Shown piece by piece: positions 19,021-28,681 of a stretch of 64,000 nucleotides of DNA; positions within the stretch are counted from its first letter, which is position 1; every line of letters starts with the position of its first letter. The notes under the pieces are model-generated. The model was not told the DNA's origin and searched no databases. It was given only the letters and a program-made list of their open reading frames with translations. The position numbers and the translations under genes were made by a program. The stretch covers positions 32,680 to 96,679 of the forward strand of contig JAZQOA010000139.1 of the NCBI GenBank assembly GCA_045627605.1, read 5' to 3'. Source of the DNA: Kiritimatiellia bacterium (GTDB lineage: Bacteria; Verrucomicrobiota; Kiritimatiellia; RFP12; JAAYLN01).

Positions 19021-22000
19021 CTACACCTTGGCGACCGCGATGACGCAGGCGTGGCCGTTGAGGTCGCAGGTTTCGCCGGCGGCGGCGCCCAGTTCGCAGG
19101 CGTCCGCGAGGGTCTCGCCCTTCACCCAGTCGGCGAACGCCGCGAGGGCGGCGGCGACTTCGGCGTCGCCCGAATAGGCGATGCGAATGCGCTGGTCAAC
19201 GACGAAGTCGGCTTCCTTGCGGAGGTTCTGCACGTGCGAGACGAATTCGCGCGCGATGCCTTCGGCAATGAGCGCGGGTGTCAGGACGGGGTCGAGCGCC
19301 ACCGAGAGGTCGCCTTCGTTGGCGACCGTGAGCCCGGCGTTTTCCGTGCGCACGATGATGACGTCGGCCGTCGTGAGCTCGATCGCCCCCAGGCCGTCGC
19401 CGAGGTCGGCTTTCACGGTGCCTTCGCCCTGGAGCCTGGAGAGCGCGGCAGAGTCGAGTTTCGCGATCGCGGAGGCCGCGACCTTCATCCTCGGCCCAAG
19501 TTTCGCGCCGAGCACCTTGAAGTTGGCCTTCGCCGAGAGGGTGACGAACTTCGATTCGTCGGAAGCGAAGTCCACGGCCTTGACGTTGAGTTCCTCGGCG
19601 ATGACCGGGGCCATCGGCGCGAGACGCGCCTCAAAGCCGGGTTCGGCGCAGATGATGACGGCGCGCGCCAGCGGCTGGCGGACCTTTAGGTTCTTCTGCT
19701 TGCGGAGGTTGTGGCCGAGGTTGACCGCGCGCTGGGCGATGGCCATGCGTTCCTCGAGGGCGGTGTCGCGTGCGGCGGCGTTGGCCGTCGGGAAGTCGCA
19801 GAGGTGCACCGATTCGGGCATGGTTTCGTCACGGAGGTTGCGGTAGATTGCCTCGCTGATGAAGGGCGTGAAGGGGGCCGCGACCTGTGAGAGTTGCACG
19901 AGCACGTAGCGGAGCGTGCGGTAGGCGTGGATTTTGTCGTCGTCGTTCTGCGACTTCCAGAAGCGCCTGCGGCTGCGGCGGATGTACCAGTTGGTAAGGT
20001 TGTCGACAAAGTCGATGAACGGGCGGACGGACTTCTGGAGGTCGTAGCGGTCCATCGCGTCCGTGACGTCGGCGATGAGCGTCTCGAGCGACGAGACGAT
20101 CCAGCGGTCGAGCTCGTTGGGGGAGTCGGGCGTCCGCACGCGGTCCTCGTGTACGCCGTCGACGTTGGCGTAGGTGACGAAGAAGGCGTAGGCGTTCCAC
20201 CACGGGATGAAGAGGTCCTTGAGGATCTGCTTGACGCCGTTTTCGGAGAAGCGCAGGTTCTCGGCGCGCACGACCGGCGAGGCGATCATGTAGAGGCGGA
20301 GGGCGTCGGCGCCGTACTTGTCGAGGACTTCCACCGGGTCGGGGTAGTTCTTGAGGCGCTTCGACATCTTCTTGCCGTCCTCGGCGAGGACGAGGCCGTT
20401 GACGACGACGTTCCTGTAGGGCGACTTGCCGAAGAGGCAGGTGCCGAGCACCATGAGGGTGTAGAACCAGCCGCGGGTCTGGTCGAGGCCCTCGGCGATG
20501 AAATCGGCCGGGAAGAAGGCCCCGGCATCGTCCTTGCGCTCGAAGGGGTAGTGCTGCTGCGCGTAGGGCATCGAGCCCGACTCGAACCAGCAGTCGAGCA
20601 CCTCGGGCGTGCGGTGGTAGGTCTTGCCGTCCTTTTTGATGACGATCTTGTCGACGAAGTGCTTGTGGAGGTCTGTGACCTTTTCGCCCGAAAGTGCCTC
20701 GAGTTCGGCGGCCGACCCCACGCAAATCATGTCTTCGGGGTCGTCGTCGTTGATCCACACCGGCAGGCACGAGCCCCAGAAGCGGTTGCGCGAGATGTTC
20801 CAGTCGCGGGCCTCCCCGAGCCAGTTGCCGAAGCGCTTCTCGCCGACGTAGTCCGGCGTCCAGTGGACAGTCGCGTTGTTGGCGGCGAGTTTTTCGTGGA
20901 GATCCTCGACGCGGACGTACCAGGCGTCGATTGCGCGGTAGATGAGCGGCGTGTCGGTGCGGTCGCAGAAGGGGTAGGAGTGGGTGATGGTCGCCTGGTG
21001 GACGAGCTTGCCTTCGGCCTTGAGTCGCCTGATGATGTCCTTGTCGCAGTCCTTGCAGAAGCGGCCCTTGTATTCGGGGACGGCCTCGGTGAAGTTGCAC
21101 GATGCGTCGAGCGGGTCGACGATCGCGTTCATGCCGGCCTCCTTGCAGACGCGGAAGTCGTCCTCGCCGTAGGCGGGGGCGATGTGGACGAGGCCGACGC
21201 CGTCGTCGGTCGTCACATAGTCGTCGTTGAGGACCTTGAAGGCGCCTTCGTCCTTTTTATCGGCGAAGTAGGGGAAGATCGGCTCGTATGACGTGCCCTT
21301 GAGGTCGGCGCCCTTGAACTCGGCGACGAGTTCGTACTGGTCGGCCTTCTTGAAGATGGTGGCGAGGCGGGCCTTGGCCATCACGTAGATGGGGCGGGCG
21401 TCGTCCGTCACGTCGCGGACGGCGACGTAGTCGATCGACGCGCCGGCGCAGATCATCAGGTTCTCGGGGAGCGTCCAGGGCGTCGTCGTCCAGATGAGGA
21501 GGTAGATTGTCGCGGCGCCGTCCTGCCCGTGGATGCCGTCGAAGGCCGCGGAGCCGCCAAGCGCCTTGACCCTGACCGTGACGGTCGGGTCCTGGACGTC
21601 CTTGTAGTTGCTGCCGGCCTCGAAGTTCGAGAGCGGGGTGTTGAGCTTCCAGGAGTAGGGCATGATGCGGTGCGACTTGTAGATGCGGCCCTGGTCCCAG
21701 AGCTGCTTGAAGGCCCACCACACCGACTCCATGAACGGCATGTTCATCGTCTTGTAGTCGTTGTCGAAGTCGACCCAGCGGCCCATGCGGGTCACGGTCT
21801 TGCGCCACTCGGAGACATACTTCAGGACCATTGAGCGGCACTGCTCGTTGAACTTGTCGACGCCGAACTCCTTAATCGCGCCGGCGCCGGAGATGCCGAG
21901 GGCGTCCTGGGCGAGGGCCTCGATCGGGAGGCCATGGGTGTCCCAGCCGAAGCGGCGCTCGACATAGTGGCCGCGCATCGTCTGGTAGCGGGGGATGATG

Positions 22001-22197
22001 TCCTTGATCGTGCCGGCGAGGAGGTGCCCGTAGTGCGGGAGGCCCGTGGCGAAGGGCGGCCCGTCGTAGAAGACGAACGGAGTCTTGTCCTTGTTCTTCT
22101 CGAGGCTCTTCTTGAACGTGTCGTCAGCCTCCCAGAAGGCGATGGTTTCCTTTTCCATCGCGGGGAAGTCGGTCTTGTTTGATACTGGATTGTACAT
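19021..22197 (-). CDS. ileS: isoleucine--tRNA ligase (type 2)
   Basis: PHYGHLL (HIGH) and KMSKRLKN (KMSKS) motifs, and about 1058 aa. I prefer ATG 22197 (MYNPVSNK); the TTG at 22212 is the alternative. Confidence 0.95.
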   Translation of the reverse strand: MYNPVSNKTDFPAMEKETIAFWEADDTFKKSLEKNKDKTPFVFYDGPPFATGLPHYGHLLAGTIKDIIPRYQTMRGHYVERRFGWDTHGLPIEALAQDALGISGAGAIKEFGVDKFNEQCRSMVLKYVSEWRKTVTRMGRWVDFDNDYKTMNMPFMESVWWAFKQLWDQGRIYKSHRIMPYSWKLNTPLSNFEAGSNYKDVQDPTVTVRVKALGGSAAFDGIHGQDGAATIYLLIWTTTPWTLPENLMICAGASIDYVAVRDVTDDARPIYVMAKARLATIFKKADQYELVAEFKGADLKGTSYEPIFPYFADKKDEGAFKVLNDDYVTTDDGVGLVHIAPAYGEDDFRVCKEAGMNAIVDPLDASCNFTEAVPEYKGRFCKDCDKDIIRRLKAEGKLVHQATITHSYPFCDRTDTPLIYRAIDAWYVRVEDLHEKLAANNATVHWTPDYVGEKRFGNWLGEARDWNISRNRFWGSCLPVWINDDDPEDMICVGSAAELEALSGEKVTDLHKHFVDKIVIKKDGKTYHRTPEVLDCWFESGSMPYAQQHYPFERKDDAGAFFPADFIAEGLDQTRGWFYTLMVLGTCLFGKSPYRNVVVNGLVLAEDGKKMSKRLKNYPDPVEVLDKYGADALRLYMIASPVVRAENLRFSENGVKQILKDLFIPWWNAYAFFVTYANVDGVHEDRVRTPDSPNELDRWIVSSLETLIADVTDAMDRYDLQKSVRPFIDFVDNLTNWYIRRSRRRFWKSQNDDDKIHAYRTLRYVLVQLSQVAAPFTPFISEAIYRNLRDETMPESVHLCDFPTANAAARDTALEERMAIAQRAVNLGHNLRKQKNLKVRQPLARAVIICAEPGFEARLAPMAPVIAEELNVKAVDFASDESKFVTLSAKANFKVLGAKLGPRMKVAASAIAKLDSAALSRLQGEGTVKADLGDGLGAIELTTADVIIVRTENAGLTVANEGDLSVALDPVLTPALIAEGIAREFVSHVQNLRKEADFVVDQRIRIAYSGDAEVAAALAAFADWVKGETLADACELGAAAGETCDLNGHACVIAVAKV

Positions 22198-22225
22198 GTC
22201 GGTCACCTTCAAATCGGAATTTACT

Positions 22226-22255
22226 ATTATACCCTATAATGCGGCGGCGGGGCAA
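22226..22255 (-). promoter_or_regulatory. candidate sigma70-like promoter of ileS (TTGCCC-18 nt-TATAAT)
   Basis: On the minus strand, TTGCCC lies at 22250-22255 and TATAAT at 22226-22231, about 30 nt upstream of the ileS ATG. This is sequence pattern only. Confidence 0.3.
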
Positions 22256-22334
22256 ATTTCACGCGCCGCAGAATTCCGTGTCGTGCGCGAAGGCGGCAGG
22301 CCGTCCCAGTTCGCCGCGTAAAAAACAATGTGCC

Positions 22335-23474
22335 TCATGTGGGTTGCGGATTGCGCAGAAACCGCTCGACAGGCATGACGAGGACGCCGTCCTCCTCGTA
22401 TTGCAATGTGCCGCGGTAGAGGAGCAGAAGACGTGCTTCGGGATAGTCTGACTTGAAGGACTTGAGGGAGGTCATGTCCGAACGGGTTACCTTGGCGGCG
22501 TTTTTGACTTCGATGGCATCGAATCGGTTTTCCGCGTAGACAACGAAATCGACTTCGTTTCCAGCGACGGTGCGCCAGAAATACAGGCCGTTGTCCACCC
22601 CCTGGCTGTCAAGCATGGCGCGTAGATTTTGGAAGACGAGTCCTTCCAATGCGGCGCCGTCAATTTCAGATGGCCGATCCAAGGGCCCTTTCGGTCGCAA
22701 GGTCCTGTACACGCCGGCGTCGAAAAAGTAGAACTTGCCTTTTGAAACCAGTTCCCGCTTTGCCCGTTTTGAAAAGACGGGGAGTACCGAGGCAATCATC
22801 AAGTCGTAGAGGATCTTGAGGTATCCGTCGACGGTTGTGCGACCGGCCCCGCAGTCGCGCGCAATGTCGCTGGCGTTCAGTTGGCTTCCATGGGAAAATG
22901 AAGCGGCTTCAAGAAAACGGGTGAATGGCCCGAGATTGCGGACTAACCCTTCCATTTGGATTTCCTCCCGCAGGTAAAGCCCAATGTAGGCGGAAAGCCT
23001 GGCCATGGGGTCCCTCGCAGCATGGATCACTGGCAGTAACCCGAAGTTCAATGCGTCGTCAAGGGAGAAATCAGCGCCAAGTTCCGCCGCGGTGAACGGG
23101 TGCATATCGATTTTAAGCGCTCGTCCGCCGAGCAAGTCTGTTCCCGTTCGTTTCAATTTTCTGGCACTTGATCCCGTAAGGATGAATTGTGTGGAAGGCT
23201 TGTGTTCCATGAGGGCGTGAACTTCGAAGAGCAATTCGGGTATCAACTGCACATCGTCGATGATAAATGTCTTTGCTCCCGGATTGCCTTCGACAATGCC
23301 GGTAAGGCGAGTGGGGTTGGCCCGAAGGAATGAAGCGGTCTCCGTATTGAGCAAGTCGATGGTGACGGCTTCAGGGTATGTCATTTTAAGCCAAGTTGAC
23401 TTTCCCGTGCCGCGCGGACCAAGGAGAAAGAAACTTTCTTCCCTTGCCTTCAGATTTCTTTGTATTTTTCCCAT
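22335..23474 (-). CDS. AAA family ATPase with DUF4143-type C-terminal region
   Basis: Walker A GPRGTGKST near the N-terminus. The C-terminal half has the pattern common to DUF4143 ATPases (FYFFDAGV..., EVDFVV). Confidence 0.8.
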   Translation of the reverse strand: MGKIQRNLKAREESFFLLGPRGTGKSTWLKMTYPEAVTIDLLNTETASFLRANPTRLTGIVEGNPGAKTFIIDDVQLIPELLFEVHALMEHKPSTQFILTGSSARKLKRTGTDLLGGRALKIDMHPFTAAELGADFSLDDALNFGLLPVIHAARDPMARLSAYIGLYLREEIQMEGLVRNLGPFTRFLEAASFSHGSQLNASDIARDCGAGRTTVDGYLKILYDLMIASVLPVFSKRAKRELVSKGKFYFFDAGVYRTLRPKGPLDRPSEIDGAALEGLVFQNLRAMLDSQGVDNGLYFWRTVAGNEVDFVVYAENRFDAIEVKNAAKVTRSDMTSLKSFKSDYPEARLLLLYRGTLQYEEDGVLVMPVERFLRNPQPT

Positions 23475-23545
23475 AGGGGAATTTTAACATTTTCAAAGTA
23501 GATTTTCAATCGGTTTTCGCCATTGCAAATGGAAAAAACGATTGG

Positions 23546-23570
23546 TTTTTGCCATTTGCGTTGGCAAAAA
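23546..23570 (-). terminator. weak hairpin / possible terminator after the DUF1667 operon
   Basis: Perfect 9-bp inverted repeat TTTTTGCCA-7 nt-TGGCAAAAA. On the minus strand it is followed by CCAATCGTTTTTTCC. The stem is AT-rich, so it is weak. Confidence 0.3.
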
Positions 23571-23647
23571 ACGACCGCTTTACCGCATTTGAGATGCTTG
23601 ATGTATGGGCGCGGCCGGTGACTGGACGGAAGTTTTGAGTCGCGGGC

Positions 23648-24007
23648 TTAGGACGCGGGGGCGTCGCCCGTGGCGACGAGATCGACCCCGGTTCCCGCGA
23701 GGTTGCGTTTCACGACGTCGCCAATTGCGACCGGGACGCGGGCCGTCGCCGCCTTGATTTCGGCGAGGCATTCCGCGATCTTGGCCTTGGGAACTGGCGC
23801 GGCGGTTTTGACGGGGAGCAGGACGGCGTCCGCCGAGCCTACGAGCCGCACGGTTGAGGTGACGGTGCGCATCGGGCAGGTCATTTCCTGTTCCGCGTAT
23901 TTTGCGCCCCGCGGGCACCTGTTGCCGGAGATCTTGAATTTGCCAGGTTCGCCTTCGACCGTGAGCCTGCAGCCCATCGGGCAAATGATGCATGTCAGTT
24001 CCGCCAT
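23648..24007 (-). CDS. DUF1667 domain-containing protein
   Basis: 119 aa with the cysteine pattern CIICPMGC...GNRCPRG. It sits downstream of two FAD-oxidoreductase genes, the usual operon context for this family. Confidence 0.75.
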   Translation of the reverse strand: MAELTCIICPMGCRLTVEGEPGKFKISGNRCPRGAKYAEQEMTCPMRTVTSTVRLVGSADAVLLPVKTAAPVPKAKIAECLAEIKAATARVPVAIGDVVKRNLAGTGVDLVATGDAPAS

Positions 24008-24011
24008 GGGG

Positions 24012-25265
24012 TTACCTCACTTCCACGACGATGTCGCCGTCGATGCCGGTCAAGTCGATGGTCGTCTTTTCCATTTCGCCGGGCGTCATGACCTGCTTCC
24101 TGCGCGAGGCGAGGATTTTGCCGCCGGAGGTGATTTCAAGCGTCGCGGGCTTGACGACGCCCCCGACGCGGAAATAGACGTCGACCTTTCCCCTTGCGCC
24201 CTTGCGGATGCGCTGCGGGACGGTGTAGCGCACGGCCCCTGCGGGTTTGACGTTTGAAAACGCCGCCGAAGGCAGGACCGTCTCCCCGCCCGTGGCGAAG
24301 CGCGCGGCGGCGGCGCCCGCGAGCGCCGCTTCCTGCGAGACGTTGTCGACGAGGTCGTGGACGTGCAGCACGTTGCCGCAGGCGAAGACGCCCGGCACGG
24401 AAGTCTGTCGCGTTTCGTCCACCACGGCGCCGGAGGTGATCGGGCTGATTTCAACGCCGCACGCCGCCGAAAGTTCGTTTTCGGGGATGAGACCGACGGA
24501 GAGGAGCAACGTGTCGCAGGCGATGTCCTCCTCTGTGCCGGGGATGGGGGCGCGTGTCGCGGGATCGACTTCCGAAACGGTGACGCCCGTCACGCGCCCC
24601 TGGCCGTGGATCGCGGTGACCGTGTGGTTGAACTTGAGCGGGATGCCGTTGTCTTCGAGACACTGCACGATGTTGCGGTTGAGCCCGCTGGAGTAAGGCA
24701 TGATTTCGGCGACGAGCTTGACCTTCGCGCCTTCCCATGCCATGCGGCGCGCCATGATGAGGCCGATGTCGCCGGAGCCGAGGATGACGACCTCTTTGCC
24801 GGGCAGGCATCCGTCGATGTTGGCGAGGTGCTGCGCGGTGCCGGCGGTGAAGACCCCGGCGGGGCGCGTCCCGGGGATGGCGAGCGCCCCTCGCGTCCGC
24901 TCGCGGCAGCCCATGGCGAGGATGATTGCGCCGGCCTTGATCCGGGCAAGACCGTGCGCCTTGCTGACGCAGGCGATCGTGCGGTCGGGCGCGATTTCGA
25001 GGACCATCGCGCCGGTCCAGGCCGTGATGTCGGTCTTGCCGACTTCGGCGATGAAACGCGCCGCATATTCCGGACCGGTGAGTTCCTCGCCGAAGACGTG
25101 CAGTCCGAAGCCATTGTGGATGCACTGGCGGAGGATGCCGCCCAGCTTCGCGTCGCGCTCGAGGATGATGACGGAGGCTTCCGGTGCCTCTTTCTTGGCT
25201 GCGAGCGCCGCGGCAAGCCCGGCGGGGCCGCCGCCGATGACCGCTATGTCGTAGTTTAAGTCCAT
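24012..25265 (-). CDS. NAD(P)/FAD-dependent (pyridine nucleotide-disulfide type) oxidoreductase
   Basis: I place the start at ATG 25263-25265 (MDLNYDIAVIGGGPAGLAAA). A second dinucleotide fold is VVILGSGDIGL. The longer track ORF would overlap the upstream gene. Confidence 0.8.
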   Translation of the reverse strand: MDLNYDIAVIGGGPAGLAAALAAKKEAPEASVIILERDAKLGGILRQCIHNGFGLHVFGEELTGPEYAARFIAEVGKTDITAWTGAMVLEIAPDRTIACVSKAHGLARIKAGAIILAMGCRERTRGALAIPGTRPAGVFTAGTAQHLANIDGCLPGKEVVILGSGDIGLIMARRMAWEGAKVKLVAEIMPYSSGLNRNIVQCLEDNGIPLKFNHTVTAIHGQGRVTGVTVSEVDPATRAPIPGTEEDIACDTLLLSVGLIPENELSAACGVEISPITSGAVVDETRQTSVPGVFACGNVLHVHDLVDNVSQEAALAGAAAARFATGGETVLPSAAFSNVKPAGAVRYTVPQRIRKGARGKVDVYFRVGGVVKPATLEITSGGKILASRRKQVMTPGEMEKTTIDLTGIDGDIVVEVR

Positions 25266-25294
25266 TTCAAGACCTCTGGCATCTTGTGGTCGCC

Positions 25295-26758
25295 CTACCG
25301 CGTTTGTCCCGCGGAGAGGGGCGACCCGTTTCCGGATTTCGTCACCGCATCCATCGGGATGCCGCGTTCGCGCGCGATGATCTTCATCACGAAGGGCAGG
25401 CAGAAGCCGCCTTGGCAGCGGCCCATGCCCGCGCGGGTTCGGCGCTTTACGCCGTCGACTGTGGTCGCGCCGCGTCGCACGGCCTCGACGATTTCCGCCT
25501 CCGTGATCGTTTCGCAGCGGCAGATGACCTGCCCGTAGCATGGGTCGCGCGCGATGGCCGCGGCGCGTTCCGCCTGGGTCATGTGGCGGAAGGCGGGGAT
25601 GGCGCGCCGTGTGCGGAGGGCGTTTCCCTTTCCGGTTGCGGCGATGCCGTTTTCCGCAAGAAGCGCGACAATGCGCTCCGCGATGGCGGGGGCCGAGGAG
25701 AGACCCGGCGAGCAGATGCCGGAGGCGCTTGCGAAGACCTTTGCGCCTTGCTTCACGGCGCGGAGAATGAAGTCCTTGGCCGGCGCGGTTGGCGCCAGCG
25801 GAACTGTCACGGCGCGGTTGCCCGCGAAGGCCGTGATCGTCTTAGAGAAGTCGATGGACGGGGAGCTCTTGCGGGCGAGGGCCTTGAGGGTGGCGATGCC
25901 TTCGGCCGTGACGGACGTGTCTTGCTTGTCGCCGTGGTCGACCGCCGTGGGGCCTGCGAAAGCGTTGCCATCGACCGTCGGCGAGACGAGGACGCCCTTG
26001 CCCATCTTCGAGGGCGTTTGGAAGATGACGGTCGAGAAGGCCGCGGCACCGCGGTCGAGAAGGAGGTATTCGCCTTTTCGCGGCACGATCTTGTAGTCGG
26101 CAGGCGCGAGCAGCGAGTCGATTTCATCGGCGAAAAGACCGGCGGCGTTGACGACGGCGCGGGCCTTGAAGACGCGCCCGTCGGCGCAGGCGAGGGCATA
26201 GGCGTCGCCCTCGTCCGCGAGAGCGGTGACCTTGGCGTCCGTGAAGAGGCGCGCGCCATTGGCGGCGGCGTTTTCCATGCAGGCGATTGTGAACTCGTAA
26301 GGGCAGGTGATCGCCGCCGTGGGCGCCCAGAGCGCCCTTGTCACTTCGGGCGAGAGGAGCGGTTCCTTCTGGCGGGCCTGGTCGCCCGTGATGATTTCGA
26401 GTCCCGGGACGCCGTTTTCGCGGCCCTGGGCGAGGAGCTTTTCAAGGATGCCGTCGTCTTCGGGCGAGAAGGCGACGACAAGCGAACCTGTGTGTTTCAG
26501 CGGGACTTCGAGTTCGCGGCACCAAGTGTTGAAGAGCGCGTTGCCGCGGACGTTGAGCGCCGCCATGAGCGTGCCGGGCTTGCAGTCGAAGCCCGCATGG
26601 ACGATAGCCGAGTTGGCCTTTGACGTCCCCATGGCGACGTCCGCCTCCGCCTCAAGGACGGCGATGGAAAATCTCCGGAACGACAGGAGCCGCGCGATGG
26701 CCGCGCCAATGGCGCCTGCGCCGACGACGATGATGTCAAATGTGTTTTCGCTTGCCAT
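25295..26758 (-). CDS. FAD-dependent oxidoreductase, GlpA-like (glycerol-3-phosphate dehydrogenase family) with BFD-like [2Fe-2S] domain
   Basis: DIIVVGAGAIGAA (GxGxxG) and SAIVHAGF motifs. The C-terminal CRCETITEAEI...CQGGFC cysteine motifs are typical of the BFD-like domain. Confidence 0.8.
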   Translation of the reverse strand: MASENTFDIIVVGAGAIGAAIARLLSFRRFSIAVLEAEADVAMGTSKANSAIVHAGFDCKPGTLMAALNVRGNALFNTWCRELEVPLKHTGSLVVAFSPEDDGILEKLLAQGRENGVPGLEIITGDQARQKEPLLSPEVTRALWAPTAAITCPYEFTIACMENAAANGARLFTDAKVTALADEGDAYALACADGRVFKARAVVNAAGLFADEIDSLLAPADYKIVPRKGEYLLLDRGAAAFSTVIFQTPSKMGKGVLVSPTVDGNAFAGPTAVDHGDKQDTSVTAEGIATLKALARKSSPSIDFSKTITAFAGNRAVTVPLAPTAPAKDFILRAVKQGAKVFASASGICSPGLSSAPAIAERIVALLAENGIAATGKGNALRTRRAIPAFRHMTQAERAAAIARDPCYGQVICRCETITEAEIVEAVRRGATTVDGVKRRTRAGMGRCQGGFCLPFVMKIIARERGIPMDAVTKSGNGSPLSAGQTR

Positions 26759-26807
26759 GTCAAACCCTTTGAACGGTGTTCTGCGCCTGTGGAAAAGTCG
26801 CGTCAGC

Positions 26808-28250
26808 CTACAACCCCGAGCCGACGAGTCGCCGTTCGCGCAGCTGAAAGTTGGAAAAGTCCTTGAGGGCCGCCGGGGTCCAGAGCGTTTCTGCCAGGGC
26901 GCGGAGGCGCGGGACGGCGCGCGGAAGCGTCCGCCACTCGGGAATTTGCTCTGTCCAGATGCAGCCCTCGCCGCCGATGACGATGTCCGCCTGCTTTTTG
27001 GGGAGGCCGCCCGCCATGTCGAAGGCGTAGGTTTTCTTCTGCCAATCCGCGACGGGGGCGTCGTCGCCGATGGGGTAGTCGATGTAGCAGGCCTTGTGGA
27101 AGGAGTTGACGACGGGGCGTCCGCCTCCGGCGTATCCCGAAAGATCTTCGCGGAGCCAGTTCTGTATGGTCATGTCCGGTGAAAAATGGGCGCCGAAATC
27201 CGAGGTAAGGCCCCAGGTCATTGCGCGGCGGCCGAGGGCTTTCACGACGCCTTCCATCTCGCGCATGAAGTCCTGCTCGAGTTCGCGCATCGAGGTGAAG
27301 CCGCGTTTTTGCAGGGCGGCGCGGCACCGGGGGCATTTCTCCCAGTGGGCGGTCGAGGCCTCGTCGCCGCCGATGTGGATGACGGGACTGTCGGGAAAGA
27401 GCGCGCAGACCTCCTCGAGCACCTTGGTGAGGAATGTCTTGGACGCGGGATTGCCGAGGCAGAATTCCCAGAAGTCGTTGGCGAAGGGATCCGCGCCGGT
27501 ATCGCAGGCCAATTCGGGGTGGGTCATGAAAACCGCGGCGCTGTGCCCCGGCATCTCGATTTCGGGGATGATCGTGATTTCGCGCTCTGCGGCCGCATGG
27601 CGGATTGCCGCGATGTCGTCCTTCGTGTAGGCGCCGAAATTGTAGCAACGCGATTTCGGCATGTCGCGCGTCAGTTCCGGCGCGCAGTCGAGCGGGAGGC
27701 GCCAGCCCTGGCGGTCGACAAGGTGCCAGTGGAAGCGGTTCAACTTGTACTTCGACATTTCGTCGAGTAGCTTGACGATGGTTTCCGCGCTTTGGAAATG
27801 GCGGGAGGAATCAAGCATGACGCCGCGGTAGGCGAAGCGGGGGGCGTCCTCGACGAGGCCGACGGGGATGAGGCGGTCGTGTCCGCCGAGATCCGACGAA
27901 ACGGCGATGATCTGCGCCAGGGTCCTTGCCCCGTGGAGCACGCCGGCCCTGTCGCCGCCGGCGATGGTGATTGTTTCATTGCCGATGCCGAGCCGGTAGG
28001 CCTCTGGCTTCAGCGAGGACTCAATGCGCAGCGAGACGCGCTGACGCGTCCCGAGGTTCATTTTGAAGGGATTGTAGGGGAGGCGGGGCAACCCGACGTG
28101 CGCGAACGCGTCGTTGACGATGCCGGCGGCAAAGGCGAAATCGCCTTCCGACTCAATCCAGTTGAGCTTCGGGAGGTTGCAGGCGATGCCGTGCTCCTCG
28201 CTGACTTTCGCCGGGGCGGGAATGACCATGTCCTTGATGTTCATGACCAT
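26808..28250 (-). CDS. beta-N-acetylhexosaminidase (GH20)
   Basis: FAYRGVMLDSSRHF, NRFHWHLVD, PEIEMPGHS and HIGGDEA (catalytic D-E). Confidence 0.9.
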   Translation of the reverse strand: MVMNIKDMVIPAPAKVSEEHGIACNLPKLNWIESEGDFAFAAGIVNDAFAHVGLPRLPYNPFKMNLGTRQRVSLRIESSLKPEAYRLGIGNETITIAGGDRAGVLHGARTLAQIIAVSSDLGGHDRLIPVGLVEDAPRFAYRGVMLDSSRHFQSAETIVKLLDEMSKYKLNRFHWHLVDRQGWRLPLDCAPELTRDMPKSRCYNFGAYTKDDIAAIRHAAAEREITIIPEIEMPGHSAAVFMTHPELACDTGADPFANDFWEFCLGNPASKTFLTKVLEEVCALFPDSPVIHIGGDEASTAHWEKCPRCRAALQKRGFTSMRELEQDFMREMEGVVKALGRRAMTWGLTSDFGAHFSPDMTIQNWLREDLSGYAGGGRPVVNSFHKACYIDYPIGDDAPVADWQKKTYAFDMAGGLPKKQADIVIGGEGCIWTEQIPEWRTLPRAVPRLRALAETLWTPAALKDFSNFQLRERRLVGSGL

Positions 28251-28315
28251 TAATTATATCAGTAATTCTGCTAAAATGGATTGCGCCAGTTGGCAAAAGG
28301 AGTGGAGGGGAACGA

Positions 28316-28627
28316 ATGGAAAAAGTGAAAATAACCGTGATGAAGACGGCGCGGTATGACGATCTCATCGCGAAATACGAAAATCCCATCGAGCATGCCT
28401 GCGGCATGAAGGTCGGCATGGTCTTTGTCGCGGAGGGCTGGAAAAAGCCCGAGGGGTTTTGCGACAGCGCATGGGAGTCGCTCTCCCCCTTTGTGATGGC
28501 GCTTGCCCACGGCGGCGGGGACTTTTACGACGGCTGGATGAAGAACAAGAAGTCGGCCATGATCTCCTGCAACGACGGGTTCCGCCCGGTGTCGTTTTTG
28601 CTTGAAACGATAACAAACGCCGGTTAG
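28316..28627 (+). CDS. small Cys-containing protein, TIGR04076-like
   Basis: 103 aa behind a GGAGGGG RBS (MEKVKITVMKT...CGMKVG...GFCDSAW...CNDGFRPVSF). The family assignment is from memory of the sequence pattern only. Confidence 0.5.
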   Translation: MEKVKITVMKTARYDDLIAKYENPIEHACGMKVGMVFVAEGWKKPEGFCDSAWESLSPFVMALAHGGGDFYDGWMKNKKSAMISCNDGFRPVSFLLETITNAG

Positions 28628-28681
28628 GCGACGGCCTTTCCGCCTTTGCGCATCGGCTTGGGTTGTGGTAGGATAGGGAAT

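Noticed and set aside
19015-21291. + strand ORFs inside ileS (19015..19689, 19181..19846, 19894..21291)
   Set aside because: They are antisense to ileS, which has HIGH/KMSKS motifs.
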